Source of the DNA: Eubacteriales bacterium
GTDB taxonomy: Bacteria; Bacillota; Clostridia; Oscillospirales; CAG-272
NCBI GenBank assembly: GCA_045594785.1
Contig: JAZNZE010000038.1
Span: forward strand, 5,784 to 69,783
Direction of reading: 5' to 3'
Length of the DNA stretch: 64,000 nt
The notes under the pieces: model-generated
What the model saw: only the letters and a program-made list of their open reading frames with translations
What the model was told of the DNA's origin: nothing
Databases searched by the model: none
In this document: positions 1-9,524 of the stretch, piece after piece
Layout of the letters: each line of letters starts with the position of its first letter
How positions within the stretch are numbered: position 1 is the first letter of the stretch
Translations under genes and position numbers: made by a program

Positions 1-731
1 CTCTGCACGACACTAATGTCGGCAGATTTATGGCATTTGGAATTGCAGGTCTTTCTGTTGTTGCAGATTCACTCAGCGCTATAAAATACGCAACGGTTAC
101 GCCCGTGAAGGACGAAAACGGATTTATTGTGGATTTCAAGCGCGAGGGCACTTTCCCAAAGTTTGGAAACGATGACGACAGAGTTGACCTTATCGCAAAG
201 GACCTCACACGTAAGGTTATCAGCGAGCTGCGTAAAACGCCTGCATACCGTGATGCAGTACACACGCTTTCCGTTCTTACCATAACCTCTAACGTTATGT
301 ACGGAAAGAACACGGGCGCTACTCCTGACGGAAGAGGCGCGGGCGAGCCGTTTGCTCCCGGTGCTAACCCGATGCACAACAGAGAGGAAAACGGCGCACT
401 TGCATCGCTGAATTCGGTTGCAAAGCTTTCCTATGACGATTGCCGTGACGGAATTTCAAACACCTTCTCTATTACTCCCGAGGCGCTCGGAAAGACCGAG
501 GGCGCAAGAATAGCTAACCTCGTTTCTATCCTTGACGGCTACTTTGCCAAGGGCGCTCACCACATCAACGTAAACGTTCTTAACAGAGAAACGCTTCTTA
601 AGGCATACGAAAATCCCGAGCTTTATCCAAACCTCACTATCAGAGTTTCAGGCTATGCGGTTAACTTCCACAAGCTCTCACGCGAGCAGCAGAGAGAGGT
701 TATAAGCCGTACCTTCCACGAAAGCGTATGA
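1..731 (+). CDS. pflB: Pyruvate formate-lyase (glycyl-radical enzyme), C-terminal part; 5' end lies outside the window
   Basis: Frame is open to the window edge. Carries the glycyl-radical motif RVSGYAV and the TPDGR...GANPMH block typical of PFL. Its stop overlaps the activase start (ATGA at 728-731). Confidence 0.9.
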   Translation, partial: LHDTNVGRFMAFGIAGLSVVADSLSAIKYATVTPVKDENGFIVDFKREGTFPKFGNDDDRVDLIAKDLTRKVISELRKTPAYRDAVHTLSVLTITSNVMYGKNTGATPDGRGAGEPFAPGANPMHNREENGALASLNSVAKLSYDDCRDGISNTFSITPEALGKTEGARIANLVSILDGYFAKGAHHINVNVLNRETLLKAYENPELYPNLTIRVSGYAVNFHKLSREQQREVISRTFHESV

Positions 732-1432
732 CGGGAAGAGTTCATTCCTTTCAGTCGCTCGGTGCGGTTGACGGCCCCGGTATAAGATTTGTCGTATTCC
801 TTTCGGGGTGTAATCTCCTGTGTGGGTGCTGCCACAATCCTGATACCCGGGATATGAATAGCGGCACCGACCACTCGGCCGAGGAAATAGTAAACAAGGC
901 AAAAAGGTATAAAGAATACTTCGGGGAGACGGGGGGTATAACCCTCTCCGGCGGAGAACCGCTCCTGCAGGCAGAATTTGCACGAGAAATTTTCGAGCTT
1001 GCACACGAAAACCGAATAAATACCTGCCTTGACACCTCGGGCTCGGTTTTTAATGATAGCGTGAAAGCGCTTCTTGCTTCTACTGACAGAGTGCTTCTCG
1101 ATATAAAATACACAAATAACGAGGACTACCTAAAATATGCAGGCTGCTCTCTTGACGCTCCGCTGAAATTTCTCTCATATCTTAACGAAAATAAAATAAA
1201 AACCACACTCAGACAGGTTATAATTCCCTCTCTTAACGATACGGAAGAAAACGTCAAGGCGCTGAAGGAAATTGCAGAGGCTAACAGTAATGCGGTTGAC
1301 ACGATGGAGCTGCTTCCTTTCCGAAAGGTATGCGAAGTTAAGTATAAAAATATGAATATACCTTTTCCTTTTGCTCATATACCCGAGCCGACAGAGGAAA
1401 AAATGAAAGAGCTGAATGCTATTCTGAGGTGA
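728..1432 (+). CDS. pflA: Pyruvate formate-lyase activating enzyme (radical SAM)
   Basis: N-terminal [25 protein letters not shown] carries the CX3CX2C radical-SAM cluster motif. Translationally coupled to pflB. Confidence 0.9.
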   Translation: MTGRVHSFQSLGAVDGPGIRFVVFLSGCNLLCGCCHNPDTRDMNSGTDHSAEEIVNKAKRYKEYFGETGGITLSGGEPLLQAEFAREIFELAHENRINTCLDTSGSVFNDSVKALLASTDRVLLDIKYTNNEDYLKYAGCSLDAPLKFLSYLNENKIKTTLRQVIIPSLNDTEENVKALKEIAEANSNAVDTMELLPFRKVCEVKYKNMNIPFPFAHIPEPTEEKMKELNAILR

Positions 1433-1434
1433 AA

Positions 1435-1590
1435 ATGAAATATACCGTAATTAAAATCGAAGGCGAATACGCCACACTCAAAAACGAGGAGGGCGAGGAG
1501 CTTTTTATAGCTATGGCGCTTCTCCCTCTCGGAGTTGATATAGGAACAAAGCTCTGCTACGACTTCCCTGAATTTTCTGTGATAGAGTAA
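1435..1590 (+). CDS. Small 51-aa protein, DUF3006-like (MKYTVIKIEGEYATLKNEEGEELFIAMALLPLGVDIGTKLCYDFPEFSVIE)
   Basis: ATG lies 2 nt after the pflA stop, with GAGGTGAAAA just upstream. Below the 60-aa cut-off of the ORF track. The pattern resembles the small DUF3006 family, recalled from memory only. Confidence 0.5.
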   Translation: MKYTVIKIEGEYATLKNEEGEELFIAMALLPLGVDIGTKLCYDFPEFSVIE

Positions 1591-1603
1591 AACGTTATAT
1601 AAC

Positions 1604-1668
1604 AAAACGGCTATGACATAAGTTGCGCCATAATTTTGCAACTTGCATAGCCGTTTTCTTTTTGTTTT
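1604..1668. terminator. Bidirectional intrinsic terminator between convergent genes
   Basis: AAAACGGCTATG (1604-1615) pairs with CATAGCCGTTTT (1646-1657), with an inner AAGTTGC/GCAACTT hairpin. T-rich tract follows on + and an A-run precedes. Confidence 0.7.
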
Positions 1669-1669
1669 T

Positions 1670-2977
1670 TTATTTTACATTGGGAAGGAATGCTCCTTGT
1701 GATTTTAGGATTTGCTGAAGCTCCTTCGTATCTATTTCTCTTGGGGTTACTCCGTCTCTTGAGGCGAGGTATGCTGCGACACCTGCCGCCATGCCCGTGA
1801 TAAAGCAGCAAGGCATAACGCGGAGCGAACCCATCATTTCTCTGTCTGCTCCTATGCATCTGCCCGCAACGAGAAGGTTTTCCGTACCCACGGGTAGAAG
1901 CGAGCGGTAGGATATTCCGTAGCTCTTGCCCTTGGGGTAGCCCTTTTCGTAAATACCCGGAAATTTCGAATTAAAGCTTTCGTCAAGACTTGCCGCGTGC
2001 AAATCTACCGGATAGTTATATCTTCCTATCTCGTCCTCGAAATCGGACTGATTAAAATAATCGTCCATATTCATCATATAATCGCACTTTATTCTGCGGC
2101 TCTCTCTTATTCCGAGCACCGCGCCCGAGGCAAGAAGCTCGGTATTTTCATAGCCCTCAAGGTAGCCTCGGTAATAGGCTCTGTACTCGGGCATTCTGCG
2201 CCTTGCATCTATAATGCCCTCCGTTATGGATTCAGCATTCGTTCCGTCAACACCGAATACGTGTCCGATATTTCCGCCGCCGTAGCCGTCCTCTCTATGC
2301 CACATTCCCGGAAGCCCCGGGTCTTTAACGGTGAAAACTCCGTCCTCAAACGCTTTGTGAAGCATTCTGTTGTCCGGGTCCTTACCAAGCTCTACAATGG
2401 CTCTCGACCAGTCGATATTTCCCCATAGGGTGCAAAGCGTTCCGGGCATCATTCTGCCCTCTTCGTCTCCTATATCGTACTCAGCTCCTGCCCAAACCGC
2501 AAGAGTTCCGTCTCCGCTGGCATCTATAAACACCTTTGCTTCTACTGCAAAAAGCTCTTCCTTACCCATAATGACAGCGTGGGTAATTCTTCCGTTTTTT
2601 TCTTCAATGGAAATTATGTGATTTTCGAAGGAGAAGCTTGCGCCCGAGCTTACCATAAGCTCATCGTAAATTCTTTTAAGCTTTTCCGTATCAATAGGAA
2701 ATTCAACAGGAGTAAAGTCTGCTCCCTCTCCGTAAAGCTCGTCAAATATTTCCTTGCCGACACCGCCCGAGAGAAAGTTTACTCCATCGGAAAAGCGCAT
2801 AAAAGCGGGAACTATGGCTGCCGTTGCCATTCCACCGAAGCATTGTTCCTTCTCCGCAAGATAAACACTCGCTCCCGCTCTTGATGCTGAAAGCGCTGCG
2901 GCAATACCTGCGGGGCCGCCGCCTGCAATAAATACGTCTACGCTATACTTTACCGGTATATCTCTTTCAAATTTCAT
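1670..2977 (-). CDS. FAD-dependent oxidoreductase (PF12831-like)
   Basis: Dinucleotide-binding motif DVFIAGGGPAGIAAAL near the N-terminus. Start placed at MKFERD (2977), 4 nt after the upstream stop and preceded by AAGGGTGA. The ORF-track start at 3004 is an alternative. Confidence 0.75.
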   Translation of the reverse strand: MKFERDIPVKYSVDVFIAGGGPAGIAAALSASRAGASVYLAEKEQCFGGMATAAIVPAFMRFSDGVNFLSGGVGKEIFDELYGEGADFTPVEFPIDTEKLKRIYDELMVSSGASFSFENHIISIEEKNGRITHAVIMGKEELFAVEAKVFIDASGDGTLAVWAGAEYDIGDEEGRMMPGTLCTLWGNIDWSRAIVELGKDPDNRMLHKAFEDGVFTVKDPGLPGMWHREDGYGGGNIGHVFGVDGTNAESITEGIIDARRRMPEYRAYYRGYLEGYENTELLASGAVLGIRESRRIKCDYMMNMDDYFNQSDFEDEIGRYNYPVDLHAASLDESFNSKFPGIYEKGYPKGKSYGISYRSLLPVGTENLLVAGRCIGADREMMGSLRVMPCCFITGMAAGVAAYLASRDGVTPREIDTKELQQILKSQGAFLPNVK

Positions 2978-2981
2978 TTTT

Positions 2982-4037
2982 TCACCCTTTAATAAATTTG
3001 TCAAATTCTTTTTTAAGGCGCTTCGCCATACTGAAAAATCCGAGGTCGGTAGGGTGGCAGCCGTCTACAGTACCTTCATCGGCACATAGCTCCATAAGCT
3101 CAGAGCCCGGGACAAAGTAAACGTTTTCACCTCTTTTTAGCGCCTTGCTATAGGTTTCGTATATTACTTCCAAATTCTGCTTTTCAGCCTTTGAGAGAAA
3201 AACCTTAGGGCGTGTCATAAACACCACCGGTATATCGGGATGCGCCTCTCTTATGATTTTGTAAAAAGGCTCGTGCGTTCTGCGAAGATGCTCTGCATTA
3301 TCGGCATTGTGGTCATAATCATACACAAATGCAGACATATCAAGGCTCGATACGTACTCTGCCATTTCCTTTTCACCCTTTGCGCTGCCGGAAAAGCCGA
3401 GATTAATATAATCTGCGTCATAAAGTCTTGAAAGAAATCCCTGATAGGAATTTCCGGGTCTTGACGCACAGCCGCCCTGAGTTATAGAAGAGCCGTAATA
3501 CACTATCGGCACTTTTACCGAATAATCGGGAGCTTTTTTTAATACGCTTCCCTCCCGAAGTCCGATATAGAGCTCTTTTACGTTAAAATAAAGCGGAAAA
3601 TTCAGTGTAAGAATATGCTCTGTGCCAGAGGAAAAATCGAACACTCCCTCAAAGCCGTCAACGGCGCTATACGCAGGCATATAGCTTTTCAGATATACCT
3701 GCTCACCGTCTACGGTCTCGTAAAGGTCAAAGCCTGCTTGGCCGCTGGGCGGCATGTGCGCCATATCCGGACTTCCCTGCTGCAAGACCTTTATAGCTAC
3801 GTAGGGGCTGTCGGTTACAAACCTTACCCTTCCGCCTGCAGTATGCTTTGAGAGGATATGTACTCCTTGGCTGACGCTTTTTGCGACACTGTCCGCAAGT
3901 CTTACGTACTGTCCGTTTTCATAAAAGATTCCATGAAGCGTGAAGGGCGCGCTTTTTATATCCAAAAACTTCAGCCCATCTCGCTCTATCTTAGTTTCAA
4001 GGAGAAAATTGGCATCTACCTTCTCGATACCGTTCAT
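2982..4037 (-). CDS. SGNH/GDSL-family hydrolase with an N-terminal beta-rich domain
   Basis: Block I GSSITQG, block V DGCHPTD (DxxH). Start overlaps the upstream stop (TAATG at 4035-4039). Confidence 0.75.
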   Translation of the reverse strand: MNGIEKVDANFLLETKIERDGLKFLDIKSAPFTLHGIFYENGQYVRLADSVAKSVSQGVHILSKHTAGGRVRFVTDSPYVAIKVLQQGSPDMAHMPPSGQAGFDLYETVDGEQVYLKSYMPAYSAVDGFEGVFDFSSGTEHILTLNFPLYFNVKELYIGLREGSVLKKAPDYSVKVPIVYYGSSITQGGCASRPGNSYQGFLSRLYDADYINLGFSGSAKGEKEMAEYVSSLDMSAFVYDYDHNADNAEHLRRTHEPFYKIIREAHPDIPVVFMTRPKVFLSKAEKQNLEVIYETYSKALKRGENVYFVPGSELMELCADEGTVDGCHPTDLGFFSMAKRLKKEFDKFIKG

Positions 4038-5296
4038 TATCCAAGCACCTTTACTACGTATGCTGCGATGGTTTTAACAAACTCAACAAATCTTGCGCAC
4101 TCGATAAACTCGTTAGGCTGATGAGCGCCTCCCGGAAGGCTGAAATCTCTGCCTCCACCGTAAGCAAAAGCGCACTTACCACCAAACTTACCTATAACGG
4201 ATAGGTCGGAAAGACAGGAGCCGCATACCTCAGGACGCTTTCCAAGTGCCTCAAACATAGCGTCTGAGAAGTCGAGTATTGCTTCGGAATCCGGAGCGCA
4301 ATGAGTGTAATGGAAAAATCTCGTGTAAGGAACGAATTTATCTCCGATAACTCCGTAAGGAAGCAGTTTTTCTGCCATAACCTTTTCAAGCTCTTCAAAT
4401 TCCTTGTAAATTTCTTCTTTGGTCTTATCGGTGTAATAGGTAAAATGCAGCTCGCCCCTGCCAAGGTCCATTCCTGCATTACCTGCCTTGATACCCATAT
4501 AACGAAGACAACTCTTTGGAATATGAGTGCCGTGGTAGTATGGATTAGCTTCAAGCTCGGCTTCTCTGGTCTTCTTGAAGGATTCCATAACCTCAAGAGC
4601 TGCGGGAATTGCCGCTGCCACTACGCCTGCGCTGTCAACCGTATTCTTCGTATGGAAGAAATACTTAGCCTCCTGGCCGCCGGAGGCGCAGTTCCATATC
4701 TGCTCCTGCCTTCCGTCCATATTTACCACTCTGTTTGCAGGAAATCTCAGCGCTGATGCAAGAGCTCCGTGAGAGCCTCCGAATTCCTCGTCACAGTATG
4801 CGGAGAAAAGCAGATTTTTCTTAGGCTCAAAGCCTTCTTCTTTAAGGAGCTTGATTATAAAAAGTGCCGTTGCGAGCGCGTATTTATCGTCACACGCGCC
4901 TCTTCCCCAAATCTTTCCGTCAGAAATTTCGCCTGAAAGAGGGTCTTTATCCCAGTTTGCAAGGTCACCAATCGGAACGGTGTCAAGATGACCCATTATC
5001 ATAAGCTCGTCAATATCTTCCTTACCTCTCCAGCGCGCAGTTACGTTAGGTCTGTTCTCAAGCGCTCTTCCGGGAACGTAATCGGGGTGATTTTCAAAAT
5101 TCTCAAGGTCCATGGGCGAGTAGATTTCGCTCTCAAGTCCGAGCTGCTTGCAAAGCTCGTTTACGTGCTCGGCAAGAGCCTTTTCATTTCCGTGAGTCAT
5201 AAAATTCTCTGAATTTATCTTTACAAGCGAGGAAAGAAGCTCAAAAAGCTCTTCCTTTCTCTCTTCCACAAGATTACAAACGCGTTTGATATCCAT
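4037..5296 (-). CDS. M20-family metallopeptidase/deacylase (ArgE/DapE-like)
   Basis: MGHLDTVP and GRGACDDK motifs. Start trimmed to MDIKRV (5296), preceded by AAGGAG. The longer ORF-track version overlaps the MBL gene. Confidence 0.8.
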   Translation of the reverse strand: MDIKRVCNLVEERKEELFELLSSLVKINSENFMTHGNEKALAEHVNELCKQLGLESEIYSPMDLENFENHPDYVPGRALENRPNVTARWRGKEDIDELMIMGHLDTVPIGDLANWDKDPLSGEISDGKIWGRGACDDKYALATALFIIKLLKEEGFEPKKNLLFSAYCDEEFGGSHGALASALRFPANRVVNMDGRQEQIWNCASGGQEAKYFFHTKNTVDSAGVVAAAIPAALEVMESFKKTREAELEANPYYHGTHIPKSCLRYMGIKAGNAGMDLGRGELHFTYYTDKTKEEIYKEFEELEKVMAEKLLPYGVIGDKFVPYTRFFHYTHCAPDSEAILDFSDAMFEALGKRPEVCGSCLSDLSVIGKFGGKCAFAYGGGRDFSLPGGAHQPNEFIECARFVEFVKTIAAYVVKVLG

Positions 5297-5306
5297 AGTT
5301 TTCTCC

Positions 5307-6089
5307 TTAGTCAAAATATATTTCTGTTTGTTTGAGCTTATTATCAAGAAGCTTTTTCCAACTTTCCGATTCAATGAAGGGATTCTTATCACCGCCTAGC
5401 GCGCTGACCTTAGCTGAGTGATTTGCATTTTCGAGGTGGTTTCCCAGATGTACCTCTACAGGCTCATTATATATTTTTTTGATGCCCGCCTTAAAATCCT
5501 CACGCAAGGAAAACGGAAGCGAATATTTAGTCATATATTCTCTTTTGAGGCTGTTAAATCCTGCTCCTCCGAACATTCCCGCGTGATAGGTTTTTCCGCT
5601 ATCGGTTACCTCAAAGAAAATCGACATAACACCCGCCGTGTGCCCCGGTGTCGAAACAAATCTGAATTTTTTGCTCCCGATTTCTATAACGTCACCGTCA
5701 TTAATGATAACGTCCGGCTCGAAAGCACCAGTATACTTTATTCCGAGCTCATTGGTCCATTGAAGCTCGTTTCTGCCCGCAACCGAATCCTCGTCACCTT
5801 TGCCTATATAAGTCTTAGCACCGGTCATCTCTACAATCGCTTTTGTACAGCCCATATGGTCAATATGACCGTGAGAATGTAAAATATGCTTTACATTTTT
5901 GAGGTTGTATCCTATTTTCTCAATATTTTCGATTATGAAGTCGAGGTCATCGGGCATCGCGGTATCAAGAAGCACCAAAGTGCTTTCACAGTCGATAAGC
6001 CAACACGGACTGGCGCTTGTTCCGATATGATATACACCGTCGGCATACTTAACCGGATCTATGTACTTTTTCTTATCACTTCTATCCAT
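5307..6089 (-). CDS. MBL-fold metallo-hydrolase
   Basis: HSHGHIDH metal-binding motif; RBS AGGAAAG upstream. Confidence 0.8.
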   Translation of the reverse strand: MDRSDKKKYIDPVKYADGVYHIGTSASPCWLIDCESTLVLLDTAMPDDLDFIIENIEKIGYNLKNVKHILHSHGHIDHMGCTKAIVEMTGAKTYIGKGDEDSVAGRNELQWTNELGIKYTGAFEPDVIINDGDVIEIGSKKFRFVSTPGHTAGVMSIFFEVTDSGKTYHAGMFGGAGFNSLKREYMTKYSLPFSLREDFKAGIKKIYNEPVEVHLGNHLENANHSAKVSALGGDKNPFIESESWKKLLDNKLKQTEIYFD

Positions 6090-6128
6090 TATTCTTTCCT
6101 AGCCATAAATCTCTATTTATTTACAAAA

Positions 6129-7334
6129 TTACAAATCGTATTCTTTTTCGGGAGTTGTGGCAGAAAGCTCTCTTCCCGTAACGCGATGATAAACCGCAGC
6201 CACGTCACGCATCAGCTTCTCGCGTCCCCGGGCGTCAAGCTCGTAATAAAGGTCGAAAACGGGAACTACTCTTAGCGGTGTATTCTCATCCTCTACCATT
6301 TTTATAACCGAGAAGGTTACCCTTTTTATTTTCTTTTCGTCTACGTAGTTATGAACTGCAAGACCGTATTCGGGGAGCGATTCCGGAACCTGATAAAAGG
6401 TACAGGGCGACATCGTTACGTTGCCTACCGAGTAGAAGCAGGGGACTCCGTTTATGTATTCAGCCATCTGGGTTGTATGCGAATGTGCCGCAAAAATTCC
6501 GTCAAAGCCAAGCTCCCTGCATTTTTCAAGAAAATGCTTACTGTAATTTCCCGGACGGGTGTTGAACTGACCGCCTACGTGAGGATAGAATAGGACTATG
6601 TCGGCACGCTCTCTTGCTTCGCTGTAATCCTTGCCTATTTTCTTAACGTATTCGTCGATTTCCTCTTGCGAGAAATTATCATCAATGGCAACAAAGGAAA
6701 TTCCCATAGCAGCGGTAAGCTTTACCGTTTCTTCCCAGAGAAGCTTTCGTCCCGTCAACTCCTGAACGTATTTAAGCGTTGAGTAATAATTTTCAGGCTT
6801 TCTCGGATAAGTGGGAACACCGCCGCTGAGAGGACGCGAATTATTGACGCATACAGCGGTTTCCCCCTGCGGCAAAGCCTCGCTTATACCGTAGTTCGTA
6901 CTATGAGCGTACGCTATAAGCGCAAATCTCGTTCCGTCGATTTCAAAGTAATGAGTGCGCTCACCGGTGTATCCCTTAGGATAGGTTCCCGTATGAGCAA
7001 CGCCGTATTCGTCAAGGATCTTGAGAGTTCTTTCGAGTCCTTCAAATCCCCTGTCAAGACAGTGGTTATTGGCAGTAGAAACCACGTCTATCTTAAGCTT
7101 TTTTATAGCTTCCGCAACACTGTCGGGCGCATTAAAGCTGACAATTCTGTTCGTATATACGGCTTCCTCTCCTGCGAGAGGCGTTTCCAGATTTGCTATT
7201 ACGTAATCGGAATCGGCAAGAACCGATTCAAGTGCCTTCATAGGCGTGTAAAAATCGTATTTTCCATCCTTTTCCGCTTGTTTTAGAAAAGGTGGCTCTA
7301 CCATTATGTCACCGAGTACCGTTAGCTTTATCAT
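6129..7334 (-). CDS. CapA-family protein (PGA_cap metallophosphatase-like)
   Basis: N-terminal LTVLGDIMV, NLETPL, STANNHCLDRG and AAHSHT motifs typical of CapA/PGA_cap. Confidence 0.7.
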   Translation of the reverse strand: MIKLTVLGDIMVEPPFLKQAEKDGKYDFYTPMKALESVLADSDYVIANLETPLAGEEAVYTNRIVSFNAPDSVAEAIKKLKIDVVSTANNHCLDRGFEGLERTLKILDEYGVAHTGTYPKGYTGERTHYFEIDGTRFALIAYAHSTNYGISEALPQGETAVCVNNSRPLSGGVPTYPRKPENYYSTLKYVQELTGRKLLWEETVKLTAAMGISFVAIDDNFSQEEIDEYVKKIGKDYSEARERADIVLFYPHVGGQFNTRPGNYSKHFLEKCRELGFDGIFAAHSHTTQMAEYINGVPCFYSVGNVTMSPCTFYQVPESLPEYGLAVHNYVDEKKIKRVTFSVIKMVEDENTPLRVVPVFDLYYELDARGREKLMRDVAAVYHRVTGRELSATTPEKEYDL

Positions 7335-7373
7335 TTTTGTCCTTTCAGTTCGAAGTTATAACAGGTAATTTTT

Positions 7374-9176
7374 TTATTTCTGCTTTTTTGCGTAAATTTC
7401 TCTGAACTGAGCTATGGCAGATGCAAAGTCCTCTATAGCTCCGTCAACAACCTTAGGGTCGGTCATATCAATACCTGCAACGAGAAGGCTGTCCAGAGGA
7501 GATTTCGAATCACCGCACTTGAGAAATTCAATGTACTGCCCAACGTAGCTCTCCCCTTCGGTTTCGATGCGCTTAACGATTGCCGAGGCTGCGGAGATAC
7601 AGGTTGCATACTTGTAAACGTAGAAATTTCTGTAGAAGTGAGGAATTCTTACCCATTCGTATGCTATCTGCTTATCCTTTGCAACCTTTGAGCCGAAATA
7701 CGCACGGATAAGCTTCATATAAACGCCCGACAAAACGTCAGCAGTAAGGGGCTCACCCTTTTCGGTAAGCGCATGGGCGTTTTTCTCGAATTCCGCAAAC
7801 ATCGTCTGTCTGTAAAGTGTTCCCTTATAGGTTTCCATAAGCTCGTTAAGGATAGAAAGACGCTCATCGTCATTCTGAGATTCTCTTAACTTTTTATGAG
7901 CAAGAAGCAGCTCGTTTACGGTAGAGGCAACCTCTGCTACGAATATTGTATAGCCTGAGTTATGAGGCTCGTTATATTTTCTCGAAAAATAAGAGTGCAT
8001 CGAATGGCCTGCCTCGTGCGCAAGGGTGGATACGTCATTGAAGCTATCCGAATAGTTAAGAAGAATATATGGCTCAGTAGTAGCCGAGCCGCCACTGAAT
8101 GCCCCACCGCGCTTGCCCTTAGAGGGATACACGTCTACCCAGCCGCGATTTTTAAGTCCGTCTGAAAGAGCGTTATAATATTCTTCACCGAACACCTTAA
8201 CCGCATCAAGAACCTCATCTACAGCCTCTTCGTAGCTGTAAACACTCTTGCATTCGCTGATAAGAGGTGCATACACGTCATACATATGAAGTCTTTCAAG
8301 ACCGAGAACCTCGCGCTTAAGCTCGTAATATTCATACATTACAGGCAAGGACTTGCGAACGGACTTAATAAGGTTATTGTATATTACCGGAGTTACCTCA
8401 TCATCAAAGGTAGAGGCGTGAAGAGAGCTCTTGAAGCCGCGGATTTTTGATAAGGTGCATCTTTCCTTTACGTAGCTTGAATACATAGTAGCGAAGGTAT
8501 TTGCAAACTGCATATAGGTCTTGTAAAGACAGTTAAACGCAGACTTTCTTACCTTTCTGCCCGCGGTCATAAGCGTGGGAACGTAGTTTACGTCAGTAAG
8601 CTGAAAGGGCTTGCCCTCGTCATCGCGGATTTTTCCAAACTGAAGGTCGGAATTTTCAAAAATATTTCTTATGTTGTCGTGGCTGTGCAGGCAGTCGCTC
8701 ATCTGTGCGAGAAGCTTTTCGCACTCGTTTGAAAGCATATAAGGCTTTCCTCTAAGCTCCTTATGTATCATTCTTGAAAAATTCTTAAGCTTAGGCTGCT
8801 CCTCATACCAGGCTTCAACCGTTTTTTCGTCAAGCTTCAGAATGTAGGGAGAAACGAACCATGCAGATGCCTGCGCTGCGGCTGCAAGAGAATGAAGCTT
8901 TGCGGTTCTTGCCTGAGCAAAATTGTTCGTACTGTCCACCGCATAGGAAAGGAAAGCAAACGTTCCGAGCTTACTTATCTTTTCCATAAGCGAGGTAAAG
9001 TCAAGCAGCATATTAAGAAGGTCGTTTGCGCTGTTGCACATAGTTTTTTCGTGACGCGCAAAATCCTTTATAAGTGACGAAACCTCGGCAAATTCCGCAT
9101 TAAAAGCCTCTTCCGTTGGATATATTTTTGTAAGATCCCATTTGTATTTCTGATCTAATTCATCTCTGTTTTTCAT
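7374..9176 (-). CDS. pepF: Oligoendopeptidase F (M3B)
   Basis: 600 aa with HEAGHSMH zinc motif; length and N-terminal KYKWDLT pattern typical of PepF; RBS AAGGAG. Confidence 0.85.
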   Translation of the reverse strand: MKNRDELDQKYKWDLTKIYPTEEAFNAEFAEVSSLIKDFARHEKTMCNSANDLLNMLLDFTSLMEKISKLGTFAFLSYAVDSTNNFAQARTAKLHSLAAAAQASAWFVSPYILKLDEKTVEAWYEEQPKLKNFSRMIHKELRGKPYMLSNECEKLLAQMSDCLHSHDNIRNIFENSDLQFGKIRDDEGKPFQLTDVNYVPTLMTAGRKVRKSAFNCLYKTYMQFANTFATMYSSYVKERCTLSKIRGFKSSLHASTFDDEVTPVIYNNLIKSVRKSLPVMYEYYELKREVLGLERLHMYDVYAPLISECKSVYSYEEAVDEVLDAVKVFGEEYYNALSDGLKNRGWVDVYPSKGKRGGAFSGGSATTEPYILLNYSDSFNDVSTLAHEAGHSMHSYFSRKYNEPHNSGYTIFVAEVASTVNELLLAHKKLRESQNDDERLSILNELMETYKGTLYRQTMFAEFEKNAHALTEKGEPLTADVLSGVYMKLIRAYFGSKVAKDKQIAYEWVRIPHFYRNFYVYKYATCISAASAIVKRIETEGESYVGQYIEFLKCGDSKSPLDSLLVAGIDMTDPKVVDGAIEDFASAIAQFREIYAKKQK

Positions 9177-9295
9177 TTTTTACTCCTTATAATTCCTTTA
9201 TATTTACCAACACACTTATATTAGCATAAAATATATTAAAATGCAAGTGAGTTTTGATTATAGCTAAGCTAAAATGATTAATTTTTACAAAAGCG

Positions 9296-9324
9296 TTGAC
9301 TTTTTATATTCCCTGTGTTAAAAT
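9296..9324 (+). promoter_or_regulatory. Sigma-A type promoter of the ABC leader transcript
   Basis: TTGACT (9296-9301), 17-nt spacer, TGt-TAAAAT (extended -10, 9319-9324). Confidence 0.6.
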
Positions 9325-9352
9325 TAAGAAAAAAAGAAAGGAGGAAGATACA

Positions 9353-9427
9353 ATGACAACTTTATTCAATACTACAACAAGAACTGTTATACTTTACGTA
9401 CTCGCCTCCGGAGAAATCAAAGCATAA
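9353..9427 (+). CDS. 24-codon leader ORF MTTLFNTTTRTVILYVLASGEIKA
   Basis: Strong SD AAAGGAGG 6-8 nt upstream. Followed by an intrinsic terminator ahead of the ABC genes. Confidence 0.5.
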   Translation: MTTLFNTTTRTVILYVLASGEIKA

Positions 9428-9450
9428 AGCCGACTAGGCTATATTCATTA

Positions 9451-9483
9451 AGCTCGGGACACATAGTGCGCCCGAGCTTTTTT
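9451..9483 (+). terminator. Intrinsic terminator/attenuator in the 5' leader of the ABC exporter operon
   Basis: AGCTCGGG (9451-9458) pairs with CCCGAGCT (9471-9478), followed by TTTTT. Lies 40 nt upstream of the TTG start at 9525. Confidence 0.7.
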
Positions 9484-9524
9484 ATGCTTTAAGCCGATTT
9501 TTCCGGTGCCGCATTGGAGGAAAC

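Noticed and set aside
4037-5392. N-terminal extensions in the ORF track (also 11146, 24026, 25743, 25964, 29293, 31112, 17035, 50158, 51399 and 63421)
   Set aside because: The longest-ORF starts overlap the upstream genes or lack an RBS. Internal Met, GTG or TTG codons with AGGAG-type RBSs at the expected spacing were preferred.
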